From the NCBI RefSeq assembly GCF_001194135.2, contig NC_068990.1, positions 34,763,258 through 34,817,260 on the forward strand: DNA of 54,003 nt, in the 5' to 3' direction. The notes under the pieces were generated by a model, which was not told the origin of the DNA, made no database searches, and saw only the letters and a program-made list of their open reading frames with translations. The translations under genes were made by a program, and so were the position numbers. This DNA is from Octopus bimaculoides. Taxonomy: Eukaryota. Shown here piece by piece: positions 51,748 to 54,003 of the stretch (within the stretch, counting starts at the first letter, position 1; each line of letters begins with the position of its first letter).

Positions 51748-53311
51748 ACACTCACACACAAAGCAAACAAAATATTGTGCCGGCTGGTGGGATCTGTTGA
51801 AGCGAACTTAAGTGAGATTGCATTAGACATTTCTAATATCTTGCGTCAGCAGCAAAAACAAAAAAAGATACAGTAGAGAGCAGATAGAAGGAAAGGAGAA
51901 GACGCAAAGAAGGGAAAGGGAGGTACAGTGTTCTTCTATAGTATAATAACCAATCCTATACCATCAGCTGTTACCTAATTACTTTGTTTTGCCAACGTGA
52001 CACATAACTTTCTCGTTTATATAGAATTACGTACAACATTCTAGGCACGAAACTACAAATCACTCCATTTTGCTGACGGTTATGGCAATAGATTTATTAC
52101 TACTAAATACTTGCGTTTTTGGTGGTGTTTTTATGGTTTTTATTACATTTTTATGACATATATTTTTCTCTTATGATTTGCCTTACTTCTTTGGTAAGAC
52201 GATTAAATGAAGTAGTCTAAGAAGTTTCTATTATCAATGTCATTATAATCAGAAAAGCAATGAAGTGGTATGAATGGTTAAGTACCCGAAGAATATGATT
52301 TCAGATTTATTTACGTTTGTGTTCACTTCCTACCATTACTGTTTTTTTAGTCTGTTTTGGGTCAATAAAGTAAATGTAAGACTAATAGTAATCAATTTTT
52401 CTGCTCCCTACAAATATGCATCCCTGAAGTTAAAAAAATAAAGAAAAGTAATCGTTAAGGTTACAAAATGGATCTGTTTGATTAAAACTGAAGATCTAGG
52501 TCTTGAGTTTAAATCTTGTAGATGATTTTTTTTTCTCCACGATCCGTCAACGAAATTAAATAGGAGCACTTGCGAATGATAGTATCTTTTAACTGATGCT
52601 AATTAGTTCACAAGCTGCAACACATTTGAACAGTAGAAAAAAAAAACAGGTCTGATTTAAAAAAAACACGTTCTTTGAGAGTTAGAAACCATTACTGTTA
52701 AATATCTACGCTGAGACTAATGAAAATTTAATAACAAATTGCTAAGTTATTTACATTAAATATGTAATGTTGATGCCTTTCCTATGAATGTCATTGCATT
52801 CATTAGCGAAGAGAACAGAAAATAGTTGTAACATAGTCGAAGTAATAACACTACTCTGTGATTTCATATTGATTTCTTACGAATAAACAATGCTCACAAT
52901 AACAACCCAATTTCCCTCAAAATTCACATACATAATTATGATGATGCTCCACACTCAACCAATCCTCGTTGATCATATTTTTTTAAAATTCTTTCTCTGT
53001 AATAAAGTAGAAGTATTTTTTTTTTCTGGAGGAAAGGCAGAACCGTCTCTTTATCATCTCGCAGCTGATAGCTGAGAGCTGAAGAGAGAGAGAGAGAGAG
53101 AGAAATAAACAGAAATTCCAGAAATTAACTGGTACATTTTTTACGTGCTTGGAAGGAGAACAAATCAAAGTTCACCTCAGAATGAGTTTATATTCCACAG
53201 AGTAAATACTGCAACGCTCTATCAGTTCAGCTAAACGATCACTCTGACAGGAAGATGCGCTGCTTTTATATTAATATTTATCTCTGATTTATAATTATTA
53301 TTATCTGATAG

Positions 53312-53468
53312 GCCTCTAGTCTTCCGATCTAGTACTCCTGCACTTCCTACAACACCCACACGTTTCTCTCCCTCCCTTATTAATCCCACTGCATCTAATC
53401 TTCGAAGCCCAACCGGAGACACTCAGTCTCAGTCCTTGTCCTTCATGGTTCCTGTCCACTTCAAATAA
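53312..53468 (+). CDS. Candidate terminal coding exon, Ser/Thr/Pro-rich
   Basis: After ...TTATCTGATAG, a phase-2 frame reads PLVFRSSTPALPTTPTRFSPSLINPTASNLRSPTGDTQSQSLSFMVPVHFK*, with AATAAA about 15 nt later. No upstream partner exon identified; could instead be retroelement-derived. Confidence 0.3.
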
Positions 53469-53962
53469 CTGATATACAAAATAAACATCAAGTAAATCAA
53501 TCTGAAACGTTTAGAAGGTTGTAGAAGGGTTTAGAAGGATCTTCAAAGACATATTTATTGGCTTCCCTCCTCTGGCTAAAATATTTAACAGAAACTAACC
53601 ATCTATGTATCGTTATCATACTCAGCGTATAATACACAATTGTGAGGTATAATGCTGCGGATTTTTGTCCTAGAGGCCGAGAAGAAAATCATCACTTCAC
53701 AAAGATGCTGTGTTACAAACACAATATATAGGAACACTCTGTTTCATCCGTCTTCTTCCTCTTTTGGACTTTGCTCTGTCTCCTGTTTCTAAACAGGAGC
53801 TATGATCGAAACATAAAACAACATTTCTTTCCTTCTCTGAGCGTGTTATTAATACTTTGCATGTACCACGTCCGCGCGTTGTTGTTTTTACTTGTTTTTT
53901 TTCTCTATTTTTTTTTAATAACTATACATATGTATGTGTGTATGTATATATGTATATATGTA

Positions 53963-54003
<41 letters not shown>

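Overview
AT-rich eukaryotic (animal) genomic DNA with 16 N-gaps totalling about 5 kb. It is dominated by microsatellites and decayed mobile elements. The three recurring dispersed repeat families, which I label A, B and C, resemble octopus/cephalopod repeats as I recall them; this is an inference, no database search was run. Recognisable elements: a Penelope-like retroelement remnant (about 1.25-2.06 kb), two RTE-type LINE 3' ends, two R4/Dong-like LINE fragments, a decayed mariner transposase copy, a mariner-type MITE with TA target sites, and about 20 SINE-like copies. I cannot support any complete or nameable host protein-coding gene. Nearly all ORFs in the supplied track are microsatellite or N-gap artefacts, and only low-confidence isolated exon candidates remain. 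The most notable unexplained structures are long inverted repeats: a 179-nt hairpin at 50.7 kb and an 87-bp inverted pair at 8.8/9.4 kb that share a terminal motif, and a 99%-identical 216-bp inverted copy of a mariner end plus its flank. There is also a head-to-tail array of four SINEs. No prokaryote-type system (CRISPR, operon) is present.
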